Source of the DNA: Octopus bimaculoides | Lineage: Eukaryota | Assembly (NCBI RefSeq): GCF_001194135.2 | Contig: NC_068982.1 | Span: forward strand, 167,414,095 to 167,478,094 | Direction: 5' to 3' | Length of the DNA: 64,000 nt | In this document: one piece after another, positions 12,809 to 26,696 of the stretch | Layout of the letters: each line of letters begins with the position of its first letter | Position numbering within the stretch: position 1 is the first letter of the stretch | The notes under the pieces: generated by a model | What the model saw: only the letters and a program-made list of their open reading frames with translations | Told to the model about the DNA's origin: nothing | Database searches by the model: none | Program-made: the position numbers and the translations under genes

Positions 12809-13450
12809 AAACGGGAAAAAAAATCCATTGACGTGTATTGTTTGAAAATGAGAAAATTTATCATTTAAAGCAAGTCAAACTAGACTGATAGCAATTTTAG
12901 GAAGCACAATAACTGATCTAACTTCTTGAGATCACTTTGTAGGAATATCCAATCATCCATTAGTGATGTTAGGTTGGTGTAACCCCTGTTCCGCCCACCC
13001 CAAGAAAAAATAGAGAGAAAGACTATAAGCATGTAAAATATGTAGTATACACACACATACACATGCTCACTCTCATATGGATACACACACAGAGACATAC
13101 ATACATAAAAATCTGTATTTTTTCCTCTCTATTTTTAGTTTTCGAATTCTGTCTACTCTGTCTTTAGCCTGCAGTGTACGTTAATTTTGTATATGAAGAA
13201 AACCAGTTAATAACTTGGAAGTTATGAAGTCATGTAAGAAAAGTTGACATCATACAAAACCTTATGACATCTGCAATGCAGTTGTTGGGGGTGGTGGTGG
13301 GGATTTAAACATTTACTTTACTAGAGTAGACTGGGATTAATGAGTTTGGTTGGTTATGAATTCAAATCTAGTTGAAGTTAATCTTTTCAGTATTGTGGTG
13401 TACATATTTTGTGTGTTCATGAGAGCTTGGGATTGATATATGTAGAAAAA

Positions 13451-13625
13451 TAAGGTGGTGAGTTGGCAGAAACATTAGCACACCGAGCGAAATGCTTAGC
13501 GGTATTTCGTCTGTCTTTACGTTTTGTCTTTACAACTGCTGAGATCAGCTTTGCCTTTCATCCTTTCAGGGTCGATAAATTAAGTACCAGTTGCGTACTG
13601 GGGTCGATCTTTGGGCTTTGTGCCT
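13451..13625 (+). mobile_element. tRNA-like SINE, family A (core TTTGCCTTTCATCCTTT..GGGTCGATAAA..AGTACCAG)
   Basis: Dispersed copies on both strands, for example near 19800, 25000-25400, 30160, 31700-32160, 33970, 35350, 47930, 49560, 57340-58315 and 62300. Many copies carry a B-box-like GAGTTCAAATYC. Confidence 0.7.
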
Positions 13626-13969
13626 AGAGTAGAAAAGAATATGTAGAAAAATTATATAAAATCCATGTGAAGTACAGATCACATAAATGTCAAGTCATCA
13701 GGTCATATAAATTTCAAACAGTTGATATAATTTGTTGAATTTATTTATCAAGATGATGAGATCAAATGCCACTACTAATATAACAATGTTGCTTTTACTT
13801 ATGCCAGTCTACTTTGGTAAAGAACAGGTAGCATTCCTGTAGTGATCAATGCAAAGACCATTTCATATCCAACATTCTGTAGATAAAAATATTTTCAAAT
13901 GATTCAATTAAAATCAGATTTTCTCCAAGCATAGTTTCAATTTTATTGACTCACCATATTTTTATTTTT

Positions 13970-14023
<54 letters not shown>

Positions 14024-14895
14024 AATGTTGGTTTCAGTCATTGGAGTATGGCCATGCTGGGACACAACCCTAAACAACTTTCAGTCAATCAACCCCCTCC
14101 CACCATTTTGTTTTGCACTCATTAATTTCTATTTGTCAAACTGCTAAGTGACATAATGGAACACACACACAGATTCTACCTGTCAAATTTCACTCACTAG
14201 GTATTGATCAACACAGGGTTATAGTAGAAGACACTTGCCATACCGTAGAGTTGAGCCTGGGCAACACATGGTTGTGAAGTGTACTTCTTCATCAAGCTGT
14301 TGTGTCTGCAATATCTTTCAGATATTTCACATCCTTTGAGATTCATTCGCTTTGTTGATTCCCTCATTTTACTACTTTTCCTCCTCTTCTTTTCTGTCTT
14401 TCATGTATAGACATTTTTACTTGCATGTATACATATACACACTATCATATACATATGCACATTATCATACATTATCATACATTAACATACTCTCTTCTTC
14501 TCCTTTGATTCTACGCTACTCTCTTTATCATCTCACACGGAATATAGTAGCTTAGAATAACTCATTGTTCCACTGACAGGAGACCAATTTTACAAAGTTC
14601 TTTAATCAAAACATAATTTTATAGATCTAAATTAAATTTCTTTGTTGAAAGCAGCACCAACTCAGACTTTTCTTTTTGTTTTTAATTGCATTTTGTATTT
14701 TTGTAGAATGTTCGTTAATTGGTTTTAGTTATTGAACTACGGTCATCTGGGGCTCTACCTTCAAGAATTTTTAGTTGATCATATTGATCCCATTTTAGTC
14801 TGGTACTTATTTTATTGATCTCTGTTTGTCAAACCACCAAGTTACAGGACATACAGTTGTACAACATAACACTGATTTTTAGACCTTTGTAATTA

Positions 14896-14979
<84 letters not shown>

Positions 14980-17171
14980 TGATTGACTTCTGTACAATTT
15001 ATGTCTACTAAGTGATTCACAAGGTATTGGTTAAACTGAAGCTATAGGAGACCCTTGCCCAAGGTACTGTGTAGCAGTGTCAATCCCAGGATAATGTGGT
15101 AGCTTGTTTCATAAATTTTATATCCACACTGTTTTTATTTGCTATTTTAAAACAATTCACATTTCAGTAAGGGAAAATTCTCTTGTAGATAAAATAGATG
15201 TGTGGGTTCTTAAGCTGACAATTGCCAGCACCCTCTAAAAAAAAACAACAACCCCAAAAAACCATTAATAAAATTTTCATCTCCATCCTGTCCTCTTTAT
15301 CAATGAGAAAACACAATCCATCAATTTGTGTGCCCTGCTTCTCAAGCTTAACAGCCCCCCACTCCATGAAGAATACTGAGTTACCTGGTCTTGTTCAAAC
15401 TTTATTACTACATTTATCACATTGTAGATTGAGGTAGAGTACATAACACTGCCTTCCTCAGTTTGCCTGGCTGGCAATCATCCTCATTTGACAACCACTT
15501 TTCCATGCTTCCTTGGATTAGATGAAATTTGTCGAGGCAGATTTTTTTACAGCTGGATGCCCTTCTCGCCACCAACCCTCTTCATGGCCAGACATGCTTT
15601 TATCTGAGGACTGGAAGCAGACAACTTCATATGTATGATGATGCTCATTTACTACCACCACACGATGTCTAGACAAGAGTACATACATATACATATCCCA
15701 CCTCCACATGCACACACAAATTAGGCTTCTTTCATTTTCTGTCTACCAAATCTAATCACAAGGCTTTGGTCAGCCTGGGACTATAGTAGAAGATACTTGC
15801 CCAAGGTGTTGTGCAGTGGGACTGAATCCATGACCACATTGTTTGGAAGCAAGCTTCTTAACCATGCAGCCATGCCTGTGCCTGTTTTCATTCAAGAGTT
15901 GTGCAGTTAACAGTAGAATATCAGTGATTAAAAACAATTGTTACACATTTTATCTTACTGTTCAAATTCGCAGAACCTTGACTAGCCATGGTTGTGCAAA
16001 GAATGGTGTGAAACGGTAAATAATCTATAGATTGAGAGTTTCATTCTAGAAGTGGTGATGGTAGTGTAGTTAGAGTTTTACTGCTGATTCAGCCTTCTGG
16101 AAAGAGAACAATGAAGTGTGACAGGTTCCTATTATTGCAATTAGTTTGGGCCAAGGATTCATGCATTCTGTTTAAATTTGCTTCATTACTGGTTTGATAA
16201 AATGTTATTTTCTTATATTACTTGATTCACTATAATCAAGATATTAGATTTATTAAAACATCTGCTTATGTATTAGTATATTATGCTGGTGCTGATTTGT
16301 ACAATATCATTCATATTATAATGAAATTTTGATGTGGGATTTTAATTTGTGAACACTTTAGTACAGGCAGTCTCAGGTGAGATGGTATTAAAAAGGTTAA
16401 TGGGGTTCATTTTCCAAGACCACCAAAGCATCTGCAGCATTCAGTTCATTAAAGTTCTTTTATTGTTGGTTTTCTTTCTTTATTTTTTGTTTTCTTTCTT
16501 TATTTTTTGTTTTTGTGAATTGAAGCAAAAAAAATTCTTCTATTGATTTTAGTTTGGTATAGTGGTGGTGGTGATTTAATGATACCAGTAGTAGTAGTAG
16601 CAGTGGTGGTCATATATCCCCCCCCCCCCCCNNNNNNNNNNNNCCCCCGCAATACGAACAGAAATGATTAACGGTTGAAAGTTTATATTAAATCCTGTCA
16701 AACTTAGTCAGCACGTAAGGTCAGCTTACCTTGTAGTATGTGAGAGAGTGTGTGTGTGTATGTGTTCATGTGTGAGTAGTGTGTGTATGTATTTGTGATG
16801 TATCTAGACTGACAAACACAACCTCGGAAGTTGAGGGAAGTATCTCTAATACTTTTCTGATGATGACTCACCCAGGTTTTTGAGTCAGCATATTCAGTTC
16901 CTGTAGCAATATAAAACCACCAACTGACACTTTATATTGAAAAATCATCGAGCAGAGCAAGGTGGGATAACTGATAGCCAAATTATCACAGTTTTGTCAA
17001 TAAGCCTAATATATATTTCAGAACTTGAATTATGAGTGTGTGTGTGGGTGGATGGGATGGGGCTTTACAAACACACTCATTTTGCACCCCCTCCACTCAC
17101 TCTCTTTATGTATCTATGCACAAACAAATCTTTACTGTTATAGTGTAATTCAGGCAGCAGCAGCAGCACTA

Positions 17172-17172
17172 T

Positions 17173-17242
<70 letters not shown>

Positions 17243-17243
17243 G
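17172..17243. repeat. (TAC)n trinucleotide microsatellite
   Basis: Long near-perfect run. Confidence 0.95.
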
Positions 17244-18829
17244 ATGACAATTGATAACTTGGACAAAATACTATTTAGTATTTACTGTTGTTCAAATCCT
17301 GATGCGGTTGACTTTATTTGTCATCACACTTAGGTTAATAAGATAGGGACCTCTCAAATACAGAAGTCGATTCACTGTCCACCAAAATTTGTGACCTTTT
17401 GTCAAATATTATTAGAATGAGATTGATTCTTTTACTCGACAATTTATGGCTGTTTTGTGTCAGTGCTAGAAATAACTATTATTATTGCTTTTATTGAAAA
17501 GAAGTGAACTACTAGTATCATTAGAGCATCGGAAAAATTCCTTGCACTATTTATTCCAACTCTTTATGTTTTTAGTTCAAATTCTGCCAAAGTCAACTCT
17601 ATCTTACCCCCCCCNNNNNNNNNNNNNNNNNNNNNNNNNNNNNNNNNNNNNNNCCCCCCCCCAATCTTCAATGTCAATAAAATAATGTATCTGTCAAGTA
17701 CTGGTCTCAGTATTGTCAATTAACCCCCCCCCACCTCATTTTGAAATCGTGCATAACTGAGAAACAGTTATTCTCATCATTATTAAAAATAAATAATGAA
17801 AATGGTTATTATAATCATTAAGTGGTCAGTTGAGATGGCCAATTGGCATAATTGTTAGTGTCAGACTGGTGGTTTGTAACACTTGCAGACAGAAATGCGT
17901 TGCTGATTCTGAGTCCAAATCCTGTGTTTTTGAGCTTAAATGGATGGACATAGTGTTGAGGCCGGCCTTATTTTCACCCATAAAATATTTTATTAATGAA
18001 ATAAAGTACTGTCCGTAGACCCCTTCAGTTCCTATTTTTCTCTACTGAACCCTTATAGACATTCATTGTTTAAAAAGTTCCTAATTATATTTTTATTATT
18101 CAGTATTATTAGGAATTGTATAAATTTTTTCATTTTAATATTTTATGTATAGTAGAACTAGAAGCAACTTATTGTGCATTAACTTTAACAACAAAATCTT
18201 ACGTAGACCTTCATCTGTGCTCTGGTTACATTAGAGCATATTGTTATCTCCTGTTCTAAATTTCATTTTCCACTGGACCTGTCAATGCAATAAATAATGG
18301 TAATATATTGGAGTAATACAAGGATATTGTGCTCTTTGACCAGATTGGAGCACCTGTTGTTCTTACTTCTTGTGGAAGGGACATGTTTCACTGGTCAGAA
18401 CACTTGTTGCCAATACTTGCTGCACAGAAGGTTTGATATCCCATAATTGATGATGTGCAAGCATGTGCTAAGGTTTCAGTGTTTGCAGAAATTCATGGTG
18501 GTTAGTAAGTGCTTTCACTGTTTGTGAGGCAAATTCTCACACAGTTCATCTCTCTGACAGAGCTGTGATATCGGATGAAGAAAAGAGAAAGATTTGGCCC
18601 CCAGCATGTGAAATGTTATCAAGTACTCAGAGTTCTTTACTAGTCAGTCAGTGTGGTTGGTAGTTTGTCAGTGTTTGCATTCTGTAGTGTTTGTGATAAG
18701 AGCGAATTTCTTGGGAAACTCTGGGCATCAAAATTGTTATCTTTATTTATAGTTGCTTTTAATCTTCCTACAACAAGCATATTGTGTGTGTGTGCATGCA
18801 TGCGCATGCGCGCACACACACACACACCT

Positions 18830-18872
<43 letters not shown>

Positions 18873-20866
18873 TCTTGTAAACTCTTTTTTACAATAAGGG
18901 ATAATTATAATTTTTATTATTGTTATGAATAGAAAATTTTCTTTTTCAGAATTGAATTCAGTACATCTCAGCTAACATACATAGAAGTGTTCTAGGTGTA
19001 AAAGGATGTTCATCTTCAATGTGAAACATGTACAGAAGTATTCAAGTTTAATAAGGGTGCGCAAGGTTAACAAATACAGTGCTTACAGATTTTGATATTG
19101 CTGTTTTGCTGGGAGATGTCTGTGCTTATCTTTATAGGTAATTTGTCAATGCCCTAATAGGATTTGTGCCAGATGTAACTAAAGTGATACATTCCTTAAC
19201 TGTCATAATGTTTTAGTTCAACAACAGTTTACCATTTCAGCTTGCTTCTACACAATATTGTAATTATTTAGTGTTGCTGTTAATAATTAAAACACTATTT
19301 TCATCGTTGTCATGGTGAATAATGCCAGGCTTATTATGTATTTTCTGGTGATCTGTCTGTATGTTAAAGTTCTATAGCATTTTCACATCATTTTCTAAAA
19401 TTGGAGATTCACAAGAGTACAAGAGAGTTCTTGTTTTTTGGAGCAGTTGAAATTTGCTAGCTAAGATACATGTAAAGAAACTTTGCTATGTTATTGTGTC
19501 TTCTGTTGTATTTTGTTGGAACTAGGATGGGTGTATTTTCTCAAGAAATAGCAACATTGGAAATATTTGTCATTTATGACAGCTGTGTCTTTTCAATACA
19601 TCTAGTGGTGAGAGCCTAAACACCTCCTTCACCCCCTCCTTGATTGCTAGAATTTTGGATAAAATACTCTGTGGTATTAGTTAAATCCCTTTATGTTCTG
19701 CAACTAGCTCTCTCCAATCAAAGCTTACTAGCTTGTGTTGTATCTAAATCAGAAACTACCATTATTATTGCTGCTAATATGGAAAGGTGGTAGTGTAGCT
19801 GAATCATTAAAATATTAAACAAAATACCTTGTGGTATTTGTTTTCTGTCTCCTTATGTTCAGAGTTCAAATCCTGTTGAGATCATCTTTGCATTTCATCC
19901 TTTTAGATTTGAAGTAAGTAAAGTACCAGTCAATTACTAGAGTCAGTGTAATCAACTAACTCCCTCACCCTGAAACATTACTGGCCTTGTTCCTAAATTT
20001 GAAACATCAAGGCAATGCATTGGTAAAATTGTTAATGTCTAATGCCTTCTGCATTCTTGACAAAAGTTTTTGTCTGTTATTGTATTCTAATGTTTATGTT
20101 TTAATCTTAACTTTGTTGCAAATTAAATAATCAGTATTGCTGCTAATTAAATAATCAGTATTGTTGCCATTAGTGTTGTCATTATCACTGAAAAGAATCT
20201 TGTCTCACACTGAGTCATTATGTGATAGTTGTGTCTTTCCTACTGGCATCTGTTCCACCCACTTTTTATAATTCAGTTTAGAAAGTTATCTTGTCACCCA
20301 CTCCCTTCTCCCCCATAAACCCCTTGACACCTCATCTCCTTCTCCATAAACCCAGGACCTTATGCTTAATTCAGAAATCATCAATAATATATTTAAATTG
20401 TCTTGTTACCAAAATTTATCATGAATATTTGCATTTGTTAATCTTTTCTGAAGAATTCAAGCTTGAGTTGTTATTCAAGCATCTCTTCCCTTCTTATTAT
20501 GCCATTTACCAATAATCTTTACAGTAATGCCAGCATTGCATCCTGAATGTCTTTGAATTTGGTCCACATATATTCCACATCTAATCCAGTTTATTGCTCT
20601 ATTTCATTAAGATCAATAGTTTCCTCCTTTTCATTTTTTTCTTCTTCTTTTTCCTTAGTAAGAAATCTTTCAAGTTGTTTTCTAAGTTGACCTACCTTGC
20701 TATCACGATGTCAAAGATCTAAAGACTCTTGTGATGTTGTTCTGTTATCATTTGACACATCACTGCTACTCTGTCTACCTCTCCAGGATGAATTCAGAGT
20801 GAGTGAGAATATGTATATTCAGAGATAGTGGATTTTACATATGCATGCGTGTGCACGTGCACGCAT

Positions 20867-20920
<54 letters not shown>

Positions 20921-23250
20921 TTAGCATTACTCATTATTTCCAATTTGACTTAATATTTTTGAATTGACGGCATTGGTTAATTTACCAAAACAAAATGGTT
21001 AAGAGTATAAAATTTTGTTCGTCATCTCATTGGGATCACCTTACTGGCTTTTACCTTGTCAAAAGAAGTCAATGTTTATTTGAAATATGATTGAATGTAA
21101 GAATTATTGGAGCATTAAATAAGCTATCTTGTATTTGATTCTAACTTCAAATCTTGTGTAGATCTACTTTGCCTTCATCTTTCTGAGATTAAGTATTATG
21201 GTTGATGAAATTGACCATACCCTAGAAAATGGATCTACAGTTCAATGAATAGAATGAGTAAAAGAACAAAAGTATATAGTTCAGAGCACATAAATGCACA
21301 CCATTACCATATTGCATATAACTTATGTTCTAACTTACAGCACATGTGACACTATAAGTAACTGTAGAGATCATATTTTTTATCTATTGTTGTTGAAATT
21401 TTCTGAAGAACAGTTTCTGAGCATCTTTAGTAAGTTTGTATCTTTTCAGTTCATATTATTGAAACAAAACCGAATCCACTGTAGTAATGGTTGAGAACTT
21501 ATTATCACACCTTTGCTTGTATTACAGATAGTACTTAAGCAGTTACACCCAGAAATAACATGCAAAGATATGAACATACCAACTCATGCGTGTTCATATG
21601 CAAATACATAGACAACCATGTAATTACCCATCATCATTGTTATTTAATGTCTGCCTTCCATGCTGACATGGGTGGGACTGCATTTACATATCCAATCATA
21701 AACTCACATCCAGTTATATTTGAGCACAGAGTACACATGCGGATACACAGGCATTATAATGCACAAACACATGTAGCACCTGTAAATGGTTACTCTCTCA
21801 GATGCAGATATGTGCATTAATGTGTGTCAACTTATTTATAGCCTAGTATTGAGCTATTTTATGATTTGTACCTGCATTGCGCTATTTATAGCCTGTGACT
21901 GCATCAGATTATTCACAAGCCATCTCTTTCTTGGGCTGTTTAAGAGACCACGTCTATATTAAATTTTACAGGAACTTTAGAGTAGGTGTTTTTGGTGAAC
22001 TGGATATGTGACATAGCTAATATGCTACATTGCTCTGTACTTCAAAATCCAAGGTTACATGTGTATATATGTGTGTGTGTGTATGTATATATATATATAT
22101 ATATATAATCATATACCAAATGTAAATATATTTATGTAACTACTTATTTATCATGTAGTTTATTTTTCCTGTTAAGACTCTCTGCAATTTAAGTAGATTT
22201 GTTTGTCTTTTGGAATATGGTTATACTTATGTGATAGTGATGATGATGATGACGGCTTAGATGGCAGGGCTGATCAGGTTTGTTCATTGTAAAAGAAAGG
22301 AAAGAAGGAAGAAATCTAAAGTCAGTGAATAGAAAAAAGAAAGAAATCAAAGTAGTAAGAAAGATTAAAAAATAAAAAAAATTACAAATAAATTTTACAG
22401 AAATAAAAAGAAAACCAAATTTTTCCAAGTCAAACAAACATTTCTGCTCACTGCGGTGCTAAATCAATAGACATTTAACCAGGTTTTCTTACTCCTTCAT
22501 CGCCAGCCGCCTTAGCCTCCAGGATCGATAATATTCTTATGGTTGTCTACAGCTAATATTTTCTTTTTCTACTCTCTCTGACATAAATATTATTAGTGAT
22601 AGATCTTTGCCTGTTGTTGTGGTTGTTGTCATTGCTGCTGTTTTTTTGTTGTTGTTAGTGATGTTGTTGTTGTGTGTTAAGTGAATAGCAGAAGTTTAGA
22701 GTCAACTGGTTTGGTTTGATTTTGTGTTGGTTTGCATTTTTCTTTTGTTGCATAAACTTTAAAAACCCGAATACCTTTGAATGGGCAGACATCTCAAACA
22801 AAATCTACTGTATATATGTTTGGTTTTCTTTATTTGAAGCAATGTACACAGCCATGTGTATGTGCGTGTGGAAATTCTTACATAGAGGTAATTAGATAAA
22901 TTTATGAAGGAAATTGCTGAGAGATGCAGTTATGTATTTATATTTATCGTACTCTCTATATTGGAGCAGTTCTGTACGACAACCTTATCTTCTTCACCTT
23001 AAAGCAGACAGTTGATGATACTGATTTAATTTCTGTGTATGTATAGGACAAAGTAATGATTATTGACTCCAACCACTCTAATTACTGTCTCTTATTGATC
23101 TTGTGGGAATGATTGGAAACATAAGTTCAGTGACATTTGCAAACAAACATTAAAACATAAAATCAAACTGGGATACCTACTTAGCTCTTAATTCATTTGT
23201 TTTGGCTTCAGACAGTGTAGGAGTCAGTAATCTCTCAGTCATTTGTTTAA

Positions 23251-23469
23251 CCTTTTAGCGTTTAAACCAGTCATATTAAGGCACAAATATTCTACTTGTT
23301 TTAATTTTAAACCTGCCAGATCCAGCCTCTCATACCTATCTTACAATGTCTTTCAAAAAATAAAACGATCACATCAAGAGATCAAAACTACGAGATAGTG
23401 CATGATTAATTCAAAACAGCATGAATAAATAGGCATTACATTTGACAGAATAGGCTGAATGCTAATGAG
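23251..23469. mobile_element. piggyBac-like MITE, copy 2 (longer)
   Basis: TTAA|CCTTTTAGCGTT ... GAATGCTAATGAG|CTAA; internal sequence homologous to 8576-8749. Confidence 0.6.
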
Positions 23470-23504
23470 CTAATACTCTCTTCATTTAGTAATCTATCTA
23501 AATC

Positions 23505-23832
23505 ATCATCATCATCATCATTTAACATCCGCTTTCCATGCTAGCATGGGTTGGACGATTTGACTGAGGACTGGTGAAACCAGATGGCTACACCAGGCTC
23601 CAATCTGATTTGGCAGAGTTTCTACAGCTGGATGCCCTTCCTAACGCCAACCACTCAAAGAGTGTAATGGGTGCTTTTACGTGTCACCCGCATGAAGGCC
23701 AGTCAGGCGGTACTGGCAATGGCCACGCTCAAAATGGTGTATTTTATGTGCCACCCGCACAAGAGCCAGTTCAGGGGCACTGGCAATGATCTCGCTCGAA
23801 AATCCTATGAAGGCCAGTCAGGCGGTACTGGC
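23505..23832 (-). mobile_element. RTE-tail retroposon copy running into an assembly gap
   Basis: Close match to the family tail, with internal repeats of GCCAGTCAGGCGGTACTGGC. Confidence 0.75.
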
Positions 23833-24214
23833 NNNNNNNNNNNNNNNNNNNNNNNNNNNNNNNNNNNNNNNNNNNNNNNNNNNNNNNNNNNNNNNNNNNN
23901 NNNNNNNNNNNNNNNNNNNNNNNNNNNNNNNNNNNNNNNNNNNNNNNNNNNNNNNNNNNNNNNNNNNNNNNNNNNNNNNNNNNNNNNNNNNNNNNNNNNN
24001 NNNNNNNNNNNNNNNNNNNNNNNNNNNNNNNNNNNNNNNNNNNNNNNNNNNNNNNNNNNNNNNNNNNNNNNNNNNNNNNNNNNNNNNNNNNNNNNNNNNN
24101 NNNNNNNNNNNNNNNNNNNNNNNNNNNNNNNNNNNNNNNNNNNNNNNNNNNNNNNNNNNNNNNNNNNNNNNNNNNNNNNNNNNNNNNNNNNNNNNNNNNN
24201 NNNNNNNNNNNNNN
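23833..24214. other. Assembly gap (N run)
   Basis: Ns. Other large gaps at 43190-43411 and 62789-63077; small ones near 16632, 17615, 30703, 30888 and 33816. Confidence 0.99.
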
Positions 24215-26475
24215 CGATTTCGATTTCCCCAATAAGTCTTAGCAAGCTGAGTTTCGTGTCCAATGAGGGAGACGACGTTGGCATGGGTGCCAGTCGTCAA
24301 ATTTCACTCGATTTCGATATAAAATTAAATGCCCTTTCTATTAACTTTTTTGAAAATAAAAATTAAATGCTATCTATGTTAATAACAACCCTTTGAGCCA
24401 TATATCTTTTAAAGGTTTGTATTTTCTCTCTGTTTCAAGTTGTAAGCTTAACAAAATTTGTATCCCCCCCCCCCCCATTTACTGTTGTCTGCTCAAGGAC
24501 TTGCAAAATGCAGTCATTTAAACACAATCTAATCTGACCCTCAATTACTTCAACCTTTTTATTGCTCTGTATATTTCTATTAGTGCGGGTGCCATGAAAG
24601 AAATACCAAGTACCATTTGTAAAGTTGGTATTAAGAAGGGTATCCAGTTGTAGAAATGTTGTCAAAGCAGATACTGAAGACTAATGCAGCCTTCAGGCTA
24701 GTCAGATTCTGTTGAACCCTCTAACCCATGGATGTTAAATGTTGATGATGATGTCTTAGGGACCAGATCAGCTGTTGAACAAGATGAATGATGATTGAAT
24801 TAGCTGTGCTGTTATTTTCTTACTTATTTGTTCAATCCTGGGGCAATGGAAAAGCAAAATTCAATTTTAGCTTGATTTGAAATTAGTACCCTGAGAAATG
24901 ATGTTACATATTGTCAAACATTTTGTATCTTCTATTAATAAGGAAGACAGTGATGCTAATTTATAATAAGAAAATCAATTTAAACAAGCTTACATCATTC
25001 ACTAGATTGGGTGGAAGATGAAAGGCTAAATGACTCTAATGAGATTTGAACTCACAACATTGACAGATTATGCTAAATGTTGTAAAGGATGAAAGGCAAG
25101 GTTGACCTCAGTGGCGTTTGAACTCAGAAATACTGCTCAGCATTTGTCCGGTGTGCTAATAATTCTGCCAGCTTGCCATCTTGATGATGATGATGATGAT
25201 GATGATAATTATTATCTTTCTACTTTAGGCTCAAGGGCTGTAATTTGGTTGAGGTGGTTATGGTTGGAGTGGGGACTAGTCAATGCAATCAACCCTAGTA
25301 TTTGACTGGTACTTGATTTCGTTGATTTTGAAGATATGAAAGATAAAGTGGGCCTTAACAGGATTTGAACTTAGAATGTAGCTCAAATGTTGCTGAAGTC
25401 TACTTTGACTTTTATTCCTCCAGAACCAATAAAATAAAGTATCAGTCAAGTAATAATGATAATGACATTGATGACAACCATCATCACCACTACCACCACA
25501 CCATAACTCTTTACCGCCACCACCACCACAACAACAATGAAGTCTTTTAAAATGCATTATTTTGAATGGGTAATTTGAATACTTCTGAATATCAAAATAG
25601 TTTCAACTCACTTTCTGTTTAGTCCAGTATTAAAATGGCAAATGGTGTCCAGACTGTTTCTTTGACTAATCTATCAGTTTGAAGTCATATTTTGTACTGT
25701 GTAGCGACATGTCTATGGTTTCTTTCTATTCATATTCAAAACTGCATCAGAAAATGAATAACACTATTTCTTTCTCTTGAGAGTCGACATTTAAATGGCT
25801 GTTCTATATTTTTTCTTTCACTTACATTAGTATTGGCATTGTATGATAATTATTGGCATTCTTATACAGTATTAATAGCATTGTTAAAGCATTGTATTGG
25901 TGTTCTTGTAGTAGCAGTAGTAGTAGTAGTATAAGATCATGTTGTATTAGAGAAAGTGACATTGTTGTAGTACTAGTAGCAATACTGTTGGAGTAATAGT
26001 GATTATGATAGTAGTAGCATAATAGTTACTGTAGTGGTAATGATAATAGATTTGTTATACTTATCATGACACAGCAGTGGTGATACTAGTTTTTGTAGTT
26101 GTTGCTGTACTTATACTATTGATATTACATGTAACCGAGAGTGCAATGGAAATGGTTGATGAAATAAATATTTCAAAATATTTACACCTCTCATTTGCAA
26201 ACTCCCACCCTGGGGTTCATAAAATAACCTGCATTAATATACTGAGATCTATTGATTTAACTACACCCACTCCCTGTAAATATTGACTTTCTATTCTCAG
26301 CAAAAGTGATTGATGCTTTTGGTGGTAGAGACCCAATCCCACATGTTTGAGTTGTCACAATATTGACTGTGTGGCTGGATACAGGGAGATATTCAACCAT
26401 GCCATCTCCTCTCTTGTGTACAGGTCTATAAATGCATTCTTACAGATAAGAACACATACACATGTACTTAGACAT

Positions 26476-26512
<37 letters not shown>

Positions 26513-26601
26513 CTCTCTCTTTTATGTGTACTCATATACTCACACGCATGTGTATGAATGCATTCATGCACATAGAGATACACATGCACCCACACACACT
26601 T

Positions 26602-26602
<1 letters not shown>

Positions 26603-26695
<93 letters not shown>
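26603..26695. repeat. (CA)n microsatellite
   Basis: Perfect run. Similar (CA/TG)n runs near 13975, 20870, 30835, 38670, 55690 and 63245. Confidence 0.95.

Positions 26696-26696
<1 letters not shown>

Noticed and set aside
13451-13560. tRNA gene
   Set aside because: The A/B-box-like motifs belong to SINE heads, and no complete cloverleaf could be built.
16618-16650. Poly-C tracts as G-quadruplex elements (also 17607-17660, 24466)
   Set aside because: They mostly abut N gaps, so their true length and structure are unknown; they are likely assembly break points.
17025-17333. Poly-Ala/poly-Leu ORF, and other HT/CV/RE/LS-repeat ORFs
   Set aside because: These are translations of (TAC)n, (CA)n and (GA)n microsatellites.
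18300-18640. Possible transposase fragment
   Set aside because: No frame gave a motif I could assign with confidence.
23671-24366. Long ORFs spanning N runs (also near 43062-43464 and 62492-63109)
   Set aside because: Their length comes from Ns, and the flanks are repeat sequence.
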